DNA of 64,000 nt from a virus. Its lineage: Duplodnaviria > Caudoviricetes. How positions within the stretch are numbered: position 1 is the first letter of the stretch; each line of letters opens with the position of its first letter. Positions 8,951 through 17,634 of this stretch are shown here, in pieces. Where the stretch lies: IMG/VR virus record IMGVR_UViG_3300033075_001504, positions 12,001 to 76,000 of that record. One strand, written 5' to 3'. The notes under the pieces are model-generated. The model ran no database searches and was not told the origin of the DNA. It was given only the letters and a program-made list of their open reading frames with translations. Both the position numbers and the translations under genes were made by a program.

Positions 8951-9294
8951 GACTGCGCCACCTCGGGCACGGAGCCATCGAGCAGGTAGGCCTCGATCAG
9001 CGAGGCCTCCTTGAGCACCTGCTCGACCGGCTTGGTGTTGTAGTCCGCACGAGCGATGGTGACTGCGAAGGACATCGCGTTCATCCGGACCGCCTCGGCC
9101 GAATAGTCCTCGTGCTTGTAGACCGTGCGGTCCACCACCACCTCGTTGACCGAGGTGCGGTCCACCACCACCTCGTTGACCGAGTGCAGGTGGGCCTCGC
9201 TGATGAGGAGCTTGCTCGCCTCCCCGGGCGCTGCCTTGTCGATCGCCTCCTGCACGCGCTCGGCGGACAGGTTCAGGTGGGTCTCGTGGGTCAT
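8947..9294 (-). CDS. Hypothetical protein (115 aa) with internal duplication
   Basis: Track ORF; SVNEVVVDRT present twice. Confidence 0.7.
   Translation of the reverse strand: MTHETHLNLSAERVQEAIDKAAPGEASKLLISEAHLHSVNEVVVDRTSVNEVVVDRTVYKHEDYSAEAVRMNAMSFAVTIARADYNTKPVEQVLKEASLIEAYLLDGSVPEVAQS
9125..9184. repeat. Perfect 2x30-bp tandem duplication
   Basis: gtgcggtccaccaccacctcgttgaccgag at 9125-9154 and 9155-9184. Confidence 0.95.
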
Positions 9295-9295
9295 G

Positions 9296-9697
9296 TCATT
9301 CCTCTCGCATCTGGAACATGAGCTGCTCCTGGGTGAGGCGTCGCGAGCCGAGCTCGGCCGCGCGCTTGGACAGGTCGAGGAACGATCGCAGCTCCCCGGT
9401 CCTGAACTTGTAGAGCGGGCTGCCCCGCATCACCACGCCCTCGCGCTCGGCGGCGTGGATGAGCATGTCGATCTCCTGGGCGCGGCAGTAGTAGGCCGTG
9501 GCGATCTCCGCGAGCGCGAGGTAGGCGGGGAACTCCACCGGGGCGGGCTCGCGGCCCAGGATCACGTCCACGTACTCCTGGAGCTCGGCCCACAGGTCGT
9601 CCACCTCGGGCAGGCCCTGCGCGGTCGGGGTGGCGATCGCCGCCTGGCCGAACTGGACGTGGGCGCGGTCAGGCCGTCGGATCGTCAGCGGACTCAT
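9296..9697 (-). CDS. Hypothetical protein (133 aa)
   Basis: Track ORF with protein-like composition, in operon. Confidence 0.75.
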   Translation of the reverse strand: MSPLTIRRPDRAHVQFGQAAIATPTAQGLPEVDDLWAELQEYVDVILGREPAPVEFPAYLALAEIATAYYCRAQEIDMLIHAAEREGVVMRGSPLYKFRTGELRSFLDLSKRAAELGSRRLTQEQLMFQMREE

Positions 9698-9887
9698 GCC
9701 GGTACCACCTCACCATCACGTCGAAGGAGCCCTGGACCTCGGCATGGACCTGCTCGCAGAACCACTTGATCCGGTCCTGGATCCAGTCGGTCTCCTGCGA
9801 AGTCCTGTCCTCGTAGGCGACGATGGCGATGCTCGGCTCGGCCCAGTCGTAGAACACCATGGTGTCCCGGCCGAGGATGAGCATCTC
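9669..9887 (-). CDS. Hypothetical protein (start uncertain)
   Basis: Part of track ORF 9669..9911. Confidence 0.55.
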   Translation of the reverse strand, partial: EMLILGRDTMVFYDWAEPSIAIVAYEDRTSQETDWIQDRIKWFCEQVHAEVQGSFDVMVRWYRHESADDPTA

Positions 9888-9891
9888 CTGC

Positions 9892-10188
9892 CTAGGCCTG
9901 GACGGGCTCAAGGCGCTTCAGCCCCTTCGCGACCCCGATGATGAGCTTGTCCCACTGGTCCCGACCCTCCTTGTCGAAGATCTGGACGATGCCCGAGTCC
10001 GGGTCGTAGCCCGCCTCGCGGATCGAGCGGTAGAGCTTGGCCATGGTGGCCAGGTAGCCCGAGGTCCGCCACGAGTAGTCGGGGATCTCGTCGGAGACCT
10101 CCATCACGTCGGTCACCACCCAGGCCTCGGGGATGCCGAAGCCGTCCACCCAGGTGGGGGAGCCCTCGCTCCAGTGCACTGCGGTCAT
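9892..10188 (-). CDS. Hypothetical protein (98 aa)
   Basis: MTAVHWSEGSPTW..; ATGA overlap at 10185-10188. Confidence 0.65.
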   Translation of the reverse strand: MTAVHWSEGSPTWVDGFGIPEAWVVTDVMEVSDEIPDYSWRTSGYLATMAKLYRSIREAGYDPDSGIVQIFDKEGRDQWDKLIIGVAKGLKRLEPVQA

Positions 10189-10973
10189 GCTGCCAACTCC
10201 TTGTTCCGGCTCTGGGCCACGGCCTTCTTCCACGTCGTCATCAGCGGGCAGAGGTCGCGGAAGGGGCAGTTCTTCCACTCCGCGCCCTCCTGCGCCACGC
10301 ACTTGGGCTGCATCGGGGGCAGGCTCTTGGACTCCCACCCGCCGATCAGCGCATCGAGCTCGCGGTCCACGTCGGCCATCACGTCGGGGTCGAGGTGCAC
10401 GCGGAACTCCACCCAGTCCTGGGTGTTCTTGTTCTCGTAGGTGATCGACCCGACCACGATGACCGCAGCCTTGAATCCGTAGTGCATCTGCATGACGTGC
10501 TTGCTGTCGGGGCCGAAGGTCGTCACCCCGCCGAAACCGCGGTCGTTGATGCTCTTGTGCTCCCACGTCGAGCCATCCCACAGCAGCCCGTCCAGGGTGG
10601 TGCCGATGTGCAGGTCGGGGCGGTCGGCAGGGACCTCGGCGGCCGCCAGCCAGCCCTCGGTGAGCCCGGCCATCTGCCAGCGCAGGTGCACCGCGTTGCC
10701 CTCGTTGAAGATGTTCTGGAGCCGGGTGTCGTGGTGCACCCGCTCGCCCACCTGGAGGCGGGAGAACATCCGCTTGCGCAGGCACTGCCCGGCCCCCGAG
10801 GCGCGGAAGAGCGGCGTGCGCTTGCCCCGCTGGCCGCCCACGTTGCGGGTGTAGACGGCCACCGCGTGGTCGATCGCAGCCTGGGAGTAGACCGGGTCGC
10901 CCTGGGCCAACCAGCGCTCGTGGCGCGTGGTGATGGGCAGCGCGGCTGCCTTCATGATCTTGGCCAGGCTCAT
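10185..10973 (-). CDS. Cas4-family / PD-(D/E)XK exonuclease (262 aa)
   Basis: RASGAGQCLRK, GNAVH, TLDG..EHKS, QMHYG, C-terminal CxxxxxxxxxCPFRDLC Fe-S cysteines; ATG at 10973. Confidence 0.85.
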   Translation of the reverse strand: MSLAKIMKAAALPITTRHERWLAQGDPVYSQAAIDHAVAVYTRNVGGQRGKRTPLFRASGAGQCLRKRMFSRLQVGERVHHDTRLQNIFNEGNAVHLRWQMAGLTEGWLAAAEVPADRPDLHIGTTLDGLLWDGSTWEHKSINDRGFGGVTTFGPDSKHVMQMHYGFKAAVIVVGSITYENKNTQDWVEFRVHLDPDVMADVDRELDALIGGWESKSLPPMQPKCVAQEGAEWKNCPFRDLCPLMTTWKKAVAQSRNKELAA

Positions 10974-11362
10974 GAGCGCTCCGGGTAGGCGAGGGAGAGG
11001 AACTCGTCGGGGCCCCGGTAGACCGGGTAGCCGCTGGGCGCGGTGTAGACCTCGCCCGGGATGATCAGACCGCCCGCCACCGACTGCGCGACCGACGAGT
11101 GCGCCTGGCGGTGGTGGCGGTGGCACAGCGCGATGAGGTGGTAAATCTCGCCCCACTGGTCCAGCAGGCTCCCGCCGCGACGCCGCAGCAGCGCGTGGTG
11201 GACCTCCACCCCGGTGTCGAAGCACCGGGTCCAGATGTCCTGGTACTGGATGATCTGCCCCATCTCGATGGGGTTGCCCGGGATCTGCACCAGCGCCTCG
11301 CAGCGCCCGTGACTGCGCTCGTAGACGCGCCTGCGCTGGTCGTCGGTGGGGTAGTCGCTCAT
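10970..11362 (-). CDS. HNH endonuclease-like protein (130 aa)
   Basis: VYERSHGRCE..EVHHALLRRRGG..LIALCHRHHRQAH. Confidence 0.75.
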   Translation of the reverse strand: MSDYPTDDQRRRVYERSHGRCEALVQIPGNPIEMGQIIQYQDIWTRCFDTGVEVHHALLRRRGGSLLDQWGEIYHLIALCHRHHRQAHSSVAQSVAGGLIIPGEVYTAPSGYPVYRGPDEFLSLAYPERS

Positions 11363-11712
11363 CGGCTGGTGTAGGAGGACGTGTTGGCGGCGAAGGAGGA
11401 CAGCCAGCCCCACTGGTTGCGCACCAGGGTGGCGAACTCGGCCTGGGTCAGCTCGATGGTGTCGCTCTGCGCCCACTCCAGCATGTCGATGGCGCGGTCG
11501 TAGTCCTCGGTGTGCTCCTCGGGGATCGGCAGCGTGAGGCTGCGCCGGATCACACCCGCTCGGGCATCGGCGAGCATCCGCTCGATCTCCACGATGCACC
11601 GCTCCTTGTAGACCGACACGGCCTCGAGGTACTCGGCATGGTGCGCGTCGCGATTGCTCTTGAGCCGCCGGATGAGGTCGTCCTTGTTCACGGTGATCTT
11701 GTTCAGGTCCAT
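11359..11712 (-). CDS. Hypothetical protein (117 aa)
   Basis: Track ORF, GGAG RBS, helical. Confidence 0.8.
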   Translation of the reverse strand: MDLNKITVNKDDLIRRLKSNRDAHHAEYLEAVSVYKERCIVEIERMLADARAGVIRRSLTLPIPEEHTEDYDRAIDMLEWAQSDTIELTQAEFATLVRNQWGWLSSFAANTSSYTSR

Positions 11713-11720
11713 GTCTGCTC

Positions 11721-11948
11721 CTACCTCGTGATCCGTGCCTGGATGACGACCTGGTCGCCGTTGTCCTTGTCCTGGTCGATGAAGGTCTTGAGCGTGAAGG
11801 CACCGGCGGGGATGGTCATGTCCTCCTGGGAGAGCCGCACCTCGCCCCCAGCCTGCTCGACCAGCAGCGCCACGACGCGCTGGTACTCGGTGAGGCGGCG
11901 CTCCACCTCCTTGTTGACCATCCGCTCGATGTCCTGGCCGATGTTCAT
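11721..11948 (-). CDS. Hypothetical protein (75 aa)
   Basis: Track ORF, ATGA overlap with dnaE stop. Confidence 0.7.
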   Translation of the reverse strand: MNIGQDIERMVNKEVERRLTEYQRVVALLVEQAGGEVRLSQEDMTIPAGAFTLKTFIDQDKDNGDQVVIQARITR

Positions 11949-14647
11949 GCTGCTCCTTCGATGAGGGTGTCCATGGCCCCGGAGTCCAGCAGGATGCCCA
12001 GGTGCCCGATGGTCTTGTCGCCGGTCTGGAGGTAGGGCTTGATCCCGGTGATCTTGCCGCTGGTCTCGTAGCAGCGCCGGGCGAAGTCGTCCAGGTCGGC
12101 GAAGGGCCGGTCCCCGCGCGCCTTGATCAGCTCGGTGGAGACCACCGCACCGATCTTGGGGATGGACAGCAGCCCCTTGCGCACACCGCGCTTGTCCACG
12201 GTGTAGGTCGCGCCCGAGAGGTTGATGTCCGGGGACAGGATGCGCACCCGCCGCTTGCGCGCGGCGCGCAGGTAGGTCTGCTCCTTGGTCCGCCCGGTCT
12301 TCTTGTTCTTGTTGCTCTCCCCGGCCGCCACCGCCAGCAGCGCCGCGTAGTACTCGACGGTGTGGTGGGCGATGAGGTAGGCGCAGGTGTAGGCCATCAC
12401 GCCGTAGGCCGTGGCGTGGCTGATGTTGAAGCCGTAGTTGCCGAAGCCCTCGACCGCGTGCCAGAACCAGGTCCAGTCCTCGTCGGTGAAGCCGATCTCG
12501 CGGGCGGTGGTCTCGATCATCGGCTGGTACTTCTCGATGATCCCGCGCGCCCAGGTGATGTTGTCGTTGGAGGACTTCACCGCCTTGAGGAACAGGGTGA
12601 GGTCGTCGGGCCCGAGGCCGAGCTCGCGCAGCACCGAGATGACCTGGTCCTGGAACAGGATGATGCCCTGGGTCTTCTCGGTGTGGCGCATGAGCAGGTC
12701 GTGGCGCTGGGGCAGCCGCTCCTGGCCGTGCTTGCGCTTGATGTAGGACTCGGTGTTGCCCGACTCCATCGTGGCCGGGCGGAACAGCGCCATGGCCGCG
12801 ATGACCTCGTTGATGGTGGTCGGCTTGAGGCTCTCGCAGCCCCTGCGTGCGGCCCAGCCGTCGAGCTGGAACACCCCGTCAGTCAGGCCGTTGCCGATCG
12901 CGGTGTAGGTCTTGGAGTCGCTCCACGGGATCCACGAGCGGTCCAGCCAGTCCTCGTAGCCCTTGCCGATGAACTCGAAGCAGTGCCGGATCACCGTGAG
13001 GGTCTTGAGGCCCAGGGCGTCGAGCTTGACCAGCCCGAGGTTCTCGACCTCCTTCATGTCGTACTGGGTCACCATCGTCTTGCTGGAGGCCACCTGCATG
13101 AGCGGCACGAGGTCGCGCAGCTCCTCCTCGGTGGTGGTGAGCACGAGACCGGCCGGGTGCACGCCGTAGGACTTGCACACCTTGCGGTCGTGCAGCGCCT
13201 TGAGGTCGCGCTGGTCGGAGGACGGCATGTCCTTCCACTCCAGCTTGGGCAGGTCCTGCCGGTTGCGCACGGTGTTGTACGCGACCAGCAGCGACCCGGC
13301 CTCCGAGCCGTCGTCGTCCTCGTCCGCGTCGATCTTGTAGCGGGTCCAGGTGCCGATCTGGTGGACGGCGAAGCGGCCGCGCAGCCAGGCGATGAAGTCC
13401 TTGCGCCGGTCGTGCTCCACGTCCAGGTCGATGTCCGGGGGCTTGGTGCGGTCCCGGCTCAGGAAGCGGTCGAAGGGCAGGCCCCACTTGATCGGGTCGA
13501 GCTGGGTGATGCCCAGCAGCCAGCAGAGGATGGAGCCCGAGGCCGAGCCGCGGGTGGAGAACAGGATCCTGTTGTCCCTCAGCCACTCGCAGCACTCCTT
13601 GACCAGCAGCAGGTAGCCCGCCATGCCGGTCGCGGTGATGACCTCGAGCTCCTCCTCGATGCGCGCCTCGTAGCGCGGACCCAGACGCTGGCCCGACAGG
13701 CGCATCGCCTCCAGCGCCGTGTAGACGTCCCGACGCAGGTCCCCGTCGGGGTCCGCGACAGTGAGCGGGATGTTGTAGGCGTAGTGGTCGAGCGCCGGGA
13801 TGCTCAGGTCATGCGCGGCGAGAAGGTCCCTGAGCCCTTCACGACCGGCACGAAGACGCTCGCCAGCGTGGTGACGAAGGAACCAGGACGTGCTTGCGAG
13901 GTGGAATCCGTCTCCGGGGAAGACGGCGTCGTCGGGGTCGTCACCGTAGGCGACGAGTCGCTTGAAGTTGTCGTGGTCATCCTTGTCCTCCGGCATCACG
14001 TAGTGGGCATCCTGCGTGAGCACGCAGGGCAGACCCATCTCCTGTGCTATCCCCAGCATCGCATCGGCTACCAGGCTGTCGTCCCAGCCGTCGCCGTGGT
14101 CGATGCCGTGGTTCTGGAGCTCGACGTAGAAGCGGTCGAAGGCACGGGCCATCTGCCCGAGGATCGCCCGGGTGCCCGCCTCCTCTCCCGCTGCGAGCAT
14201 CTGGATGGGCAGGCCGAAGTAGCACCCGGAGGTGGCGGCCACGCCCTTGAGCAGCCCGGCCTCGGACCACTCGGTGATGTCACCGAGGTCGATGAGGGGC
14301 TTGTGGTAGAAGTTCTGGTGCGTGAGCGTGGACAGCCGCACCAGGTTGCGGTAGCCCTCGGTGGTGTAGGCCAGCACGCACATGTGGTGGCGCTTGGCCT
14401 TCTTGTCCGCGCGGTCGCGCACGACGTAGATCTCGCTGCCGGGGAAGGGCTTGATCCCGGCCTTGGCAGCCGCGCGGTAGAGCTGGGTGGCCGCGGCCAT
14501 GTTGCCGTGGTCGGTGATCCCCAGCGCGGGCTGGCGCATCTCCGCGACGCGGTCCACCATCGACTGCACCGAGGGCATGCCGTCCTGGTAGGAGTAGCGC
14601 GAGTGGCTGTGCAGGTTCCAGATGTCGGGGTCGGCAGCGATCCTCAT
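11945..14647 (-). CDS. dnaE: DNA polymerase III alpha subunit (PHP plus polymerase core, 900 aa)
   Basis: LHSHSRYSYQDG, LGITDHGNM, TQDAHY, RGSASGS, PPDIDLD, HPAGLVL, KLDALGLKT, YGFNISHATAY, PDINLS. Confidence 0.97.
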   Translation of the reverse strand: MRIAADPDIWNLHSHSRYSYQDGMPSVQSMVDRVAEMRQPALGITDHGNMAAATQLYRAAAKAGIKPFPGSEIYVVRDRADKKAKRHHMCVLAYTTEGYRNLVRLSTLTHQNFYHKPLIDLGDITEWSEAGLLKGVAATSGCYFGLPIQMLAAGEEAGTRAILGQMARAFDRFYVELQNHGIDHGDGWDDSLVADAMLGIAQEMGLPCVLTQDAHYVMPEDKDDHDNFKRLVAYGDDPDDAVFPGDGFHLASTSWFLRHHAGERLRAGREGLRDLLAAHDLSIPALDHYAYNIPLTVADPDGDLRRDVYTALEAMRLSGQRLGPRYEARIEEELEVITATGMAGYLLLVKECCEWLRDNRILFSTRGSASGSILCWLLGITQLDPIKWGLPFDRFLSRDRTKPPDIDLDVEHDRRKDFIAWLRGRFAVHQIGTWTRYKIDADEDDDGSEAGSLLVAYNTVRNRQDLPKLEWKDMPSSDQRDLKALHDRKVCKSYGVHPAGLVLTTTEEELRDLVPLMQVASSKTMVTQYDMKEVENLGLVKLDALGLKTLTVIRHCFEFIGKGYEDWLDRSWIPWSDSKTYTAIGNGLTDGVFQLDGWAARRGCESLKPTTINEVIAAMALFRPATMESGNTESYIKRKHGQERLPQRHDLLMRHTEKTQGIILFQDQVISVLRELGLGPDDLTLFLKAVKSSNDNITWARGIIEKYQPMIETTAREIGFTDEDWTWFWHAVEGFGNYGFNISHATAYGVMAYTCAYLIAHHTVEYYAALLAVAAGESNKNKKTGRTKEQTYLRAARKRRVRILSPDINLSGATYTVDKRGVRKGLLSIPKIGAVVSTELIKARGDRPFADLDDFARRCYETSGKITGIKPYLQTGDKTIGHLGILLDSGAMDTLIEGAA

Positions 14648-14817
14648 GATGCCCTCCGACGACGGCCCTCGGCGGTGAGCCTGGCCTGGAACACACCCGG
14701 GCGCTCTACGACGTACTGAGCATGGATCAGACCGGCCGCCCAGTAGGCGAGCACGACGGCAGGCTCAGCCCGCAGCGTCGCCCATCCGCGCAGCGGAAGG
14801 GACTCCAGGAGACTCAT
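14644..14817 (-). CDS. Hypothetical protein (57 aa)
   Basis: ATGA overlaps at both ends. Confidence 0.55.
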   Translation of the reverse strand: MSLLESLPLRGWATLRAEPAVVLAYWAAGLIHAQYVVERPGVFQARLTAEGRRRRAS

Positions 14818-15047
14818 TCCATCTCCAGCCTGAACACCGGGCCCTTGGTGCGGGCGAGCAGGCTGGTCCACCACTCCTGGTTCTCCACCGTGTTCTCGTC
14901 GGTGGGCATGCGCACGATGGCGGTGAAGTAGAGCCCGGCCAGCGGCGTGACGCTGTAGGCGAGCGGGGTGGCCTTGCCGACCATCCCGAGGCGGGCGATC
15001 ACGGCACGGGCGACGCGGGTGTCGTTGGCGACGACGGCGACCTTCAC
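14814..15047 (-). CDS. Hypothetical protein (77 aa)
   Basis: GTGA overlap at 15044-15047. Confidence 0.55.
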   Translation of the reverse strand: MKVAVVANDTRVARAVIARLGMVGKATPLAYSVTPLAGLYFTAIVRMPTDENTVENQEWWTSLLARTKGPVFRLEME

Positions 15048-15373
15048 GACGCCAGCCTCTTGTAGACCTCGCGCCCCTTGGGCGTGATGCGGCAGACGAT
15101 GCGCTCCACACCAGCCTCTCCCGTCGAGGTCTGTCCGGTGTCCTCGATCAGGCCATCCTGGCGCAGTTCGCCGCACCGCTTCCAGTAGCAGGTCCGGGTG
15201 AGGCTGGCGTAGATCGCCGCCTCCTCGTCGTTGAGCCCCTCGGGCCACGCGTAGTAGACGCTGAGCAGGATGTGCTTCTGGCTGCCCGCGCGGTAGGTGA
15301 CGGACTCGGCCCCTGCGATGGAGGTCTCGTAGTCGTCGGCGCGGACCATGCCCTTGCGGATCTTGATCGTCAT
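15044..15373 (-). CDS. Winged-helix DNA-binding protein (109 aa)
   Basis: GLNDEEAA..YWKRCGELRQDGLIEDTG..RITPKG. Confidence 0.7.
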   Translation of the reverse strand: MTIKIRKGMVRADDYETSIAGAESVTYRAGSQKHILLSVYYAWPEGLNDEEAAIYASLTRTCYWKRCGELRQDGLIEDTGQTSTGEAGVERIVCRITPKGREVYKRLAS

Positions 15374-15408
15374 GGGCGTTCCTTGCATGAGGGGGAGCCG
15401 ATGGCTCC

Positions 15409-15467
15409 GTGCGTGCGCTGGTGGGAATCGAACCCACTCCGTCCGGACGGATCACCTTGCAGCGCGC
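15409..15467 (-). ncRNA. Truncated tRNA-like element (acceptor stem plus T-arm, no normal D/anticodon arms)
   Basis: Minus strand GCGCGCTG-CAAGGTGA-TCCGT(CCGG)ACGGA-GTGGG(TTCGATT)CCCAC-CAGCGCAC-GCAC; canonical T-arm; intergenic. Confidence 0.5.
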
Positions 15468-15510
15468 CCCAAGCACCTCAACGGCGCTTGGATCTCCCAG
15501 GGAGGGAGTC

Positions 15511-16308
15511 CTAGTAGGGGATCTTCTCCGCGGCGTTGACGATCGCGTCGATGATCTCCGCCTTCTCCTCGAGCTTGGAGGTGTCGATCCCCTCCTTCTC
15601 GGCGAGCGCGAGCAGCTCGGACAGCTTCATGGAGTGGAGCTGCTCCTCGGTCAGCACCACGTCCTCGTCCGTGCCGGTCTCGCCCTCGCTGCTCTTGACC
15701 TTGCCCTCCTCCTTCCACCGCTCGATCTGGTCGTCGACCGTCTCGCGGCGGCGGGGCTTGCGCACCTCCGTGTCCTTGGCCTTGGGCGCAGCGGAGGCGA
15801 ACTCCTCAGCCGAGCCCGGGCCCCAGACGTCCTCGAACATCGAGAGCAGGATGTCCTGGATGTCGGGCAGGTCGTACTGGGAGGTGTCGATCTTGTACTT
15901 CTCCTCCTGCTCCACGTCGTACTCGGTGTTGAGGGACTGACCCTCCTTCACCAGGGTGAAGTCGCGGGAGGTGATGCTGCCGTCGTTGCGGGCGGCCCGG
16001 CTCTCGCACTTCTTCTTGATGGTGGTGGGGAGCTTGAGCGGGACCACCTCGCCGGTGTCCACCTTGAGCACCACCGTGCCCCAGCGACGGGTCGCCTTCT
16101 GGACGCTCTCGTCCTCGTGGGTGCAGCCCGGGCAGGTCATCCGGTCGCCCGTGCAGGGGAACGCCTGCTTGTTGGTGTAGTGCTCGTAGTAGCCGATCCA
16201 CTCCGGGATCTCCTGGAGGAAGCGGACCTTGGTGTCGCCGGACTTCAGCGGGCGCAGGTACTCGCCCGAGGTGTCGCTGGTCTCGCTGGCAGGGGTGCCG
16301 AATCGCAT
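15511..16308 (-). CDS. Single-stranded DNA-binding protein (Zn-containing, gp32-like) with C-terminal Rho-N/HeH-like domain
   Basis: KVRFL..EHY..FPC....CPGC, RDFTLVKEGQSLNTEYDV, acidic linker, LHSMKLSELLALAEKEGI..KAEIIDAI. Confidence 0.7.
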   Translation of the reverse strand: MRFGTPASETSDTSGEYLRPLKSGDTKVRFLQEIPEWIGYYEHYTNKQAFPCTGDRMTCPGCTHEDESVQKATRRWGTVVLKVDTGEVVPLKLPTTIKKKCESRAARNDGSITSRDFTLVKEGQSLNTEYDVEQEEKYKIDTSQYDLPDIQDILLSMFEDVWGPGSAEEFASAAPKAKDTEVRKPRRRETVDDQIERWKEEGKVKSSEGETGTDEDVVLTEEQLHSMKLSELLALAEKEGIDTSKLEEKAEIIDAIVNAAEKIPY

Positions 16309-16353
16309 GCTGTCTCCTGTGTGTGCGGTGCCCCGGCGGGGCGTGCAGGTCAG

Positions 16354-16398
16354 TTCTATCGCCTGGATCTGACAGTGGGCAATAGTCAGTTGTGACTA
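16354..16398 (-). promoter_or_regulatory. ssb promoter (TTGCCC-N18-TAGAAC) with abutting palindrome TAGTCAGTTGTGACTA (16383-16398)
   Basis: Read directly; near-identical palindrome at 22005-22020 in the same geometry. Confidence 0.6.
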
Positions 16399-16574
16399 GT
16401 CCTCTTGCGCCGCGCCTTGCGCTCGGTGTGGTCATCGATCGCGGCCTGCCCGGTCAGGACGGTGGTCTCGGGCATGGGCCGCTGGTAGAACTCGCCGGTG
16501 CGCACCTTGGCCGTCCTGGGCTCGCGCTGCTTGGAACCGTGCGGGTCGAACGGGATCTTCTTCCACATGCCCAT
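16386..16574 (-). CDS. Hypothetical basic protein (62 aa)
   Basis: Track ORF with GGAG RBS. Confidence 0.6.
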   Translation of the reverse strand: MGMWKKIPFDPHGSKQREPRTAKVRTGEFYQRPMPETTVLTGQAAIDDHTERKARRKRTSHN

Positions 16575-16577
16575 GTG

Positions 16578-16868
16578 CTACTCCTTGGCCTCGGCAGCGA
16601 TCTCCTGGCCCGCGGCGACGATGAGGTTGGCCACGGCGCGCACCACGACGGCGTTGGCCGCGTCGATGGCGTCCTCGGAGTCCTCGTAGCCCGCACTCTC
16701 CCAGGCGATCTTGGTGTCCACGAACACCTGGCCCAGCCAGCCGTCCTGGGTCTGCACGGCCTTGGTGGCGACCAGTGCCTTGGGGGCCTTCTCCGGGCGC
16801 GAGCCCTGCGAGGGGAGGATGGTCCAGGTCGTCCCGGACGTGGTGATGTTGGTGCTGTAGTCGGCCAT
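16578..16868 (-). CDS. Hypothetical protein (96 aa)
   Basis: MADYSTNITT.., GGAG RBS. Confidence 0.65.
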   Translation of the reverse strand: MADYSTNITTSGTTWTILPSQGSRPEKAPKALVATKAVQTQDGWLGQVFVDTKIAWESAGYEDSEDAIDAANAVVVRAVANLIVAAGQEIAAEAKE

Positions 16869-16876
16869 GACTGCTC

Positions 16877-17080
16877 CTACTCGTTGTCCATGATGCGCTG
16901 CACGGTGGCGTCCACGACCGTGTTGAGCGCCTTCTCCAGCTCGGCCTGCGTGCGGGCCAGGTGGTCGTCGAAGGCCTCGCCCTCGACCGCCTCGATGGTG
17001 ACCTCGGCCTTGGGCCAGGCCTTGGCTCGGTGCTTGCCCACGGTGATCTCGTGGGTGCACCCCAGGGTGATGCTGTTCAT
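16877..17080 (-). CDS. Hypothetical protein (67 aa)
   Basis: Track ORF, ATGA overlap. Confidence 0.65.
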   Translation of the reverse strand: MNSITLGCTHEITVGKHRAKAWPKAEVTIEAVEGEAFDDHLARTQAELEKALNTVVDATVQRIMDNE

Positions 17081-17634
17081 GCGGGGAAGTCCTTTCGCTT
17101 GATCTTGGCCATCCGGCCGTCGCGGTGGTGGAAGACGATGCCCTCATAGGTCCAGTCCGGCCCGGTGAGCAGCGCTCGAAGGGCCTCGTAGGAGCGGTCG
17201 GGGATGTCGATGATCTGCGCGGAGGCGTGCCAGACCAGGGTGTGCGCCTCGTACCCCTCGGGGTTGCCGTTGATCTTCGGCCCGCACAGCTCGTAGGTCC
17301 CCTCGGGCCAGTTGTCGTCCGCGCTGTCGACGTAGGCCTGGAGGAAGTACTTGTGGAACGACGAGCCCTCGATCGGCTCCCATCCGATGGTCTTGCCGGT
17401 GGTGGTGTCGTGCTGGACGGCTACGAACCCCGCAGGGCTCTCCTTGCCCGCCTTGACCTCGCGGCGGGCGAACCAGGCCCCGCTGAGCGAGTGGGTCACG
17501 CAGGTCCCGTCGTACTTGCGGGTGGCCGTGCCCTCGCCCTCGAACACCCACAGGCAGGAGGGCTCCGGGGTGCTGGTCACCCACTTGCCGTCCACGGACC
17601 AGTCCCGGACGAAGATCGTGGGGATCTTCCTCAT
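17077..17634 (-). CDS. ATP-dependent RNA ligase-like nucleotidyltransferase (DUF5565-like, 185 aa)
   Basis: Motif I TRKYDGT, YELCGPKINGNP, EGIVF, MAKIK. Confidence 0.75.
   Translation of the reverse strand: MRKIPTIFVRDWSVDGKWVTSTPEPSCLWVFEGEGTATRKYDGTCVTHSLSGAWFARREVKAGKESPAGFVAVQHDTTTGKTIGWEPIEGSSFHKYFLQAYVDSADDNWPEGTYELCGPKINGNPEGYEAHTLVWHASAQIIDIPDRSYEALRALLTGPDWTYEGIVFHHRDGRMAKIKRKDFPA

Noticed and set aside
10185-10973. Cas4-like nuclease as the adaptation module of the RAMP/array system
   Set aside because: 23 kb away in the replication operon, where such exonucleases are routine in actinophages
15409-15500. Canonical tRNA-Cys(GCA)
   Set aside because: Anticodon stem does not pair, no acceptor 5' strand upstream of the D-like hairpin, no CCA
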